Source of the DNA: Azolla caroliniana
Taxonomy: Eukaryota; Plantae; Polypodiophyta
Direction of reading: 5' to 3'
DNA: 10,763 nt
Assembly (NCBI GenBank): GCA_043228905.1
Contig: JBHGNT010001232.1
Span: 1-10,763, forward strand
In this document: positions 9,811-10,763 of the stretch, piece after piece
How the letters are laid out: every line of letters begins with the position of its first letter
Position numbering within the stretch: position 1 is the first letter of the stretch
Position numbers and translations under genes: made by a program
Notes under the pieces: model-generated
Told to the model about the DNA's origin: nothing
Database searches by the model: none
Seen by the model: only the letters and a program-made list of their open reading frames with translations

Positions 9811-9866
<56 letters not shown>
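9811..9866. repeat. (TC)28 microsatellite, LINE tail or insertion target
   Basis: Perfect dinucleotide run directly after the LINE 3' UTR. Confidence 0.98.
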
Positions 9867-9870
<4 letters not shown>

Positions 9871-10131
9871 AAAACACACAATTATGTTAATATAAATGTG
9901 TGTAAAAAACACTACTTACAATGGGTGTGACAATGGAATATGGTCACCCACTAACTACACTACATGGGTAGGGGAACATGTTGAATTGCCAATAGGCAAG
10001 ACAAACACTCCACCAAGGAAAGAATTTCCACTTGCTCAAATAAAGAAGATTGCCACATTAGTACTCCCTTCAACTTTCGCAGACATGCTTTCACTCCATG
10101 TCTACCATCGAATACAAAAGCATTGCGCATA

Positions 10132-10134
<3 letters not shown>
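9867..10134 (-). mobile_element. Probable 5'-truncated L1/Tx1-type LINE fragment (ORF2 C-terminus and 3' UTR)
   Basis: Minus strand encodes NMRNAFVFDGRHGVKACLRKLKGVLMWQ..PLPM* (stop at 9960-9962), resembling the (W)xxRNxxVF motif at the end of L1-clade ORF2. It is followed by a ~93-nt AT-rich UTR ending TTTTCACCG, and both sides abut (GA)n. Confidence 0.5.

Positions 10135-10162
<28 letters not shown>
10135..10162. repeat. (TC)14 microsatellite
   Basis: Perfect dinucleotide run. Confidence 0.98.
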
Positions 10163-10364
10163 CAAAATGACCCTTGCCCTCCAAGCCTTGATTTTCTCCT
10201 ACAGATGCTTGGACTTGGAATGTTGGCACTTGTTCAACCCAATTGGCCTTCCCCACTTGTCCGATTAGCTATCATACAACAACCAAGGGCTCATTGGCAT
10301 GGGTACACGAGCTTTTAGAGTTATGGTAAGCTAAGGTTGATAAGAACAACTTGGTAAAAGCGTG

Positions 10365-10403
10365 TACATACATACATACATACATACATACATACATACA
10401 TAC
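10365..10403. repeat. (TACA)9+ microsatellite
   Basis: Perfect tetranucleotide run. Confidence 0.97.
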
Positions 10404-10549
10404 TCGTGTTGGTGTTTTCATTTTCTTTTGGGTCCTAATGTCACTTCTCTTTCTCACTTGAGGTCCTCTCTTTTATGGAACCTCTTGCTACTCTTGGTAA
10501 TTTACTCTTTAAAAATCTAAGATAGCAAAACCAATGTTTTGTTGAACAG

Positions 10550-10626
10550 AAGAAAGAAGGATGTCGTCGTGCCCACGGTCTCGGCGTTCTCCTTCGACTC
10601 AGCCTCAGGTTATCGCCTTAATCCCT
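10550..10626 (+). other. Possible short exon of an unidentified gene or element
   Basis: GC- and CpG-rich patch (8 CpG in 10561-10632) bounded by TTGAACAG| and |GTACGT, followed by T-rich intron-like sequence; open in at least two frames; no recognisable product. Confidence 0.3.
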
Positions 10627-10763
10627 GTACGTCCTTCTGTTTTATCTCTTTTTGAAATTCATCAATTAGGTTGTTTCTGATTTTCTTAGAAATAGTTGTT
10701 TCCTTGGTAGGTTAAATTGTTCCTCTTTTGAGGGGTAGGAGGGGTCTATGCTTGTTTTAATCT

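Larger units (their letters stand above)
6383..9866 (+). mobile_element. Non-LTR retrotransposon (LINE), RTE/RTEX-like; its 5' part is absent or displaced by the hAT insertion
   Basis: Complete APE-RT-zinc knuckle ORF2, a 64-bp 3' UTR (9747-9810) with a hairpin, and a terminal ..TCTATCAA(TC)28. The clade call is from motif recognition only. Confidence 0.93.

Noticed and set aside
9896-10457. ORFs 9896-10318 (+), 9960-10256 (-) as a whole, and 10272-10457 (-)
   Set aside because: They read through (TC)n or (TACA)n microsatellites (LSLSLS, ERERER, MYVCMYVC); only the part of the minus ORF between the two TC tracts has a recognisable motif.

Overview
AT-rich eukaryotic DNA with spliceosomal introns, most likely from a land plant (taxon inferred, not proven), made almost entirely of decayed, nested transposable elements. 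(1) Positions 1-6382 are a nearly complete hAT DNA transposon. It has CpG-rich subterminal repeats at both ends, a right terminus ...CAACCATG, and a 5-exon BED-finger/DDE transposase pseudogene at 2433-5214 with 3 frameshifts and 3 nonsense codons. The left terminus is predicted about 35-40 bp upstream of the window. (2) Directly after it, 6383-9866 is a non-LTR retrotransposon of the RTE/RTEX group. It has a full APE-RT-CCHC ORF2 (2 frameshifts, 4 nonsense codons), a 3' stem-loop and a (TC)28 tract, and the hAT sits right at the N-terminus of this ORF2. (3) A 268-bp segment at 9867-10134, bracketed by (TC)n on both sides, looks like the 3' end of an L1/Tx1-type LINE on the minus strand inserted into the microsatellite. 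The last ~600 bp contain a (TACA)n repeat and a short CpG-rich possible exon. No intact gene, RNA gene or CRISPR array is visible. The most interesting signals are the three-layer nesting and possible (TC)n-targeted retrotransposition; I see no strong evidence for a new functional system.
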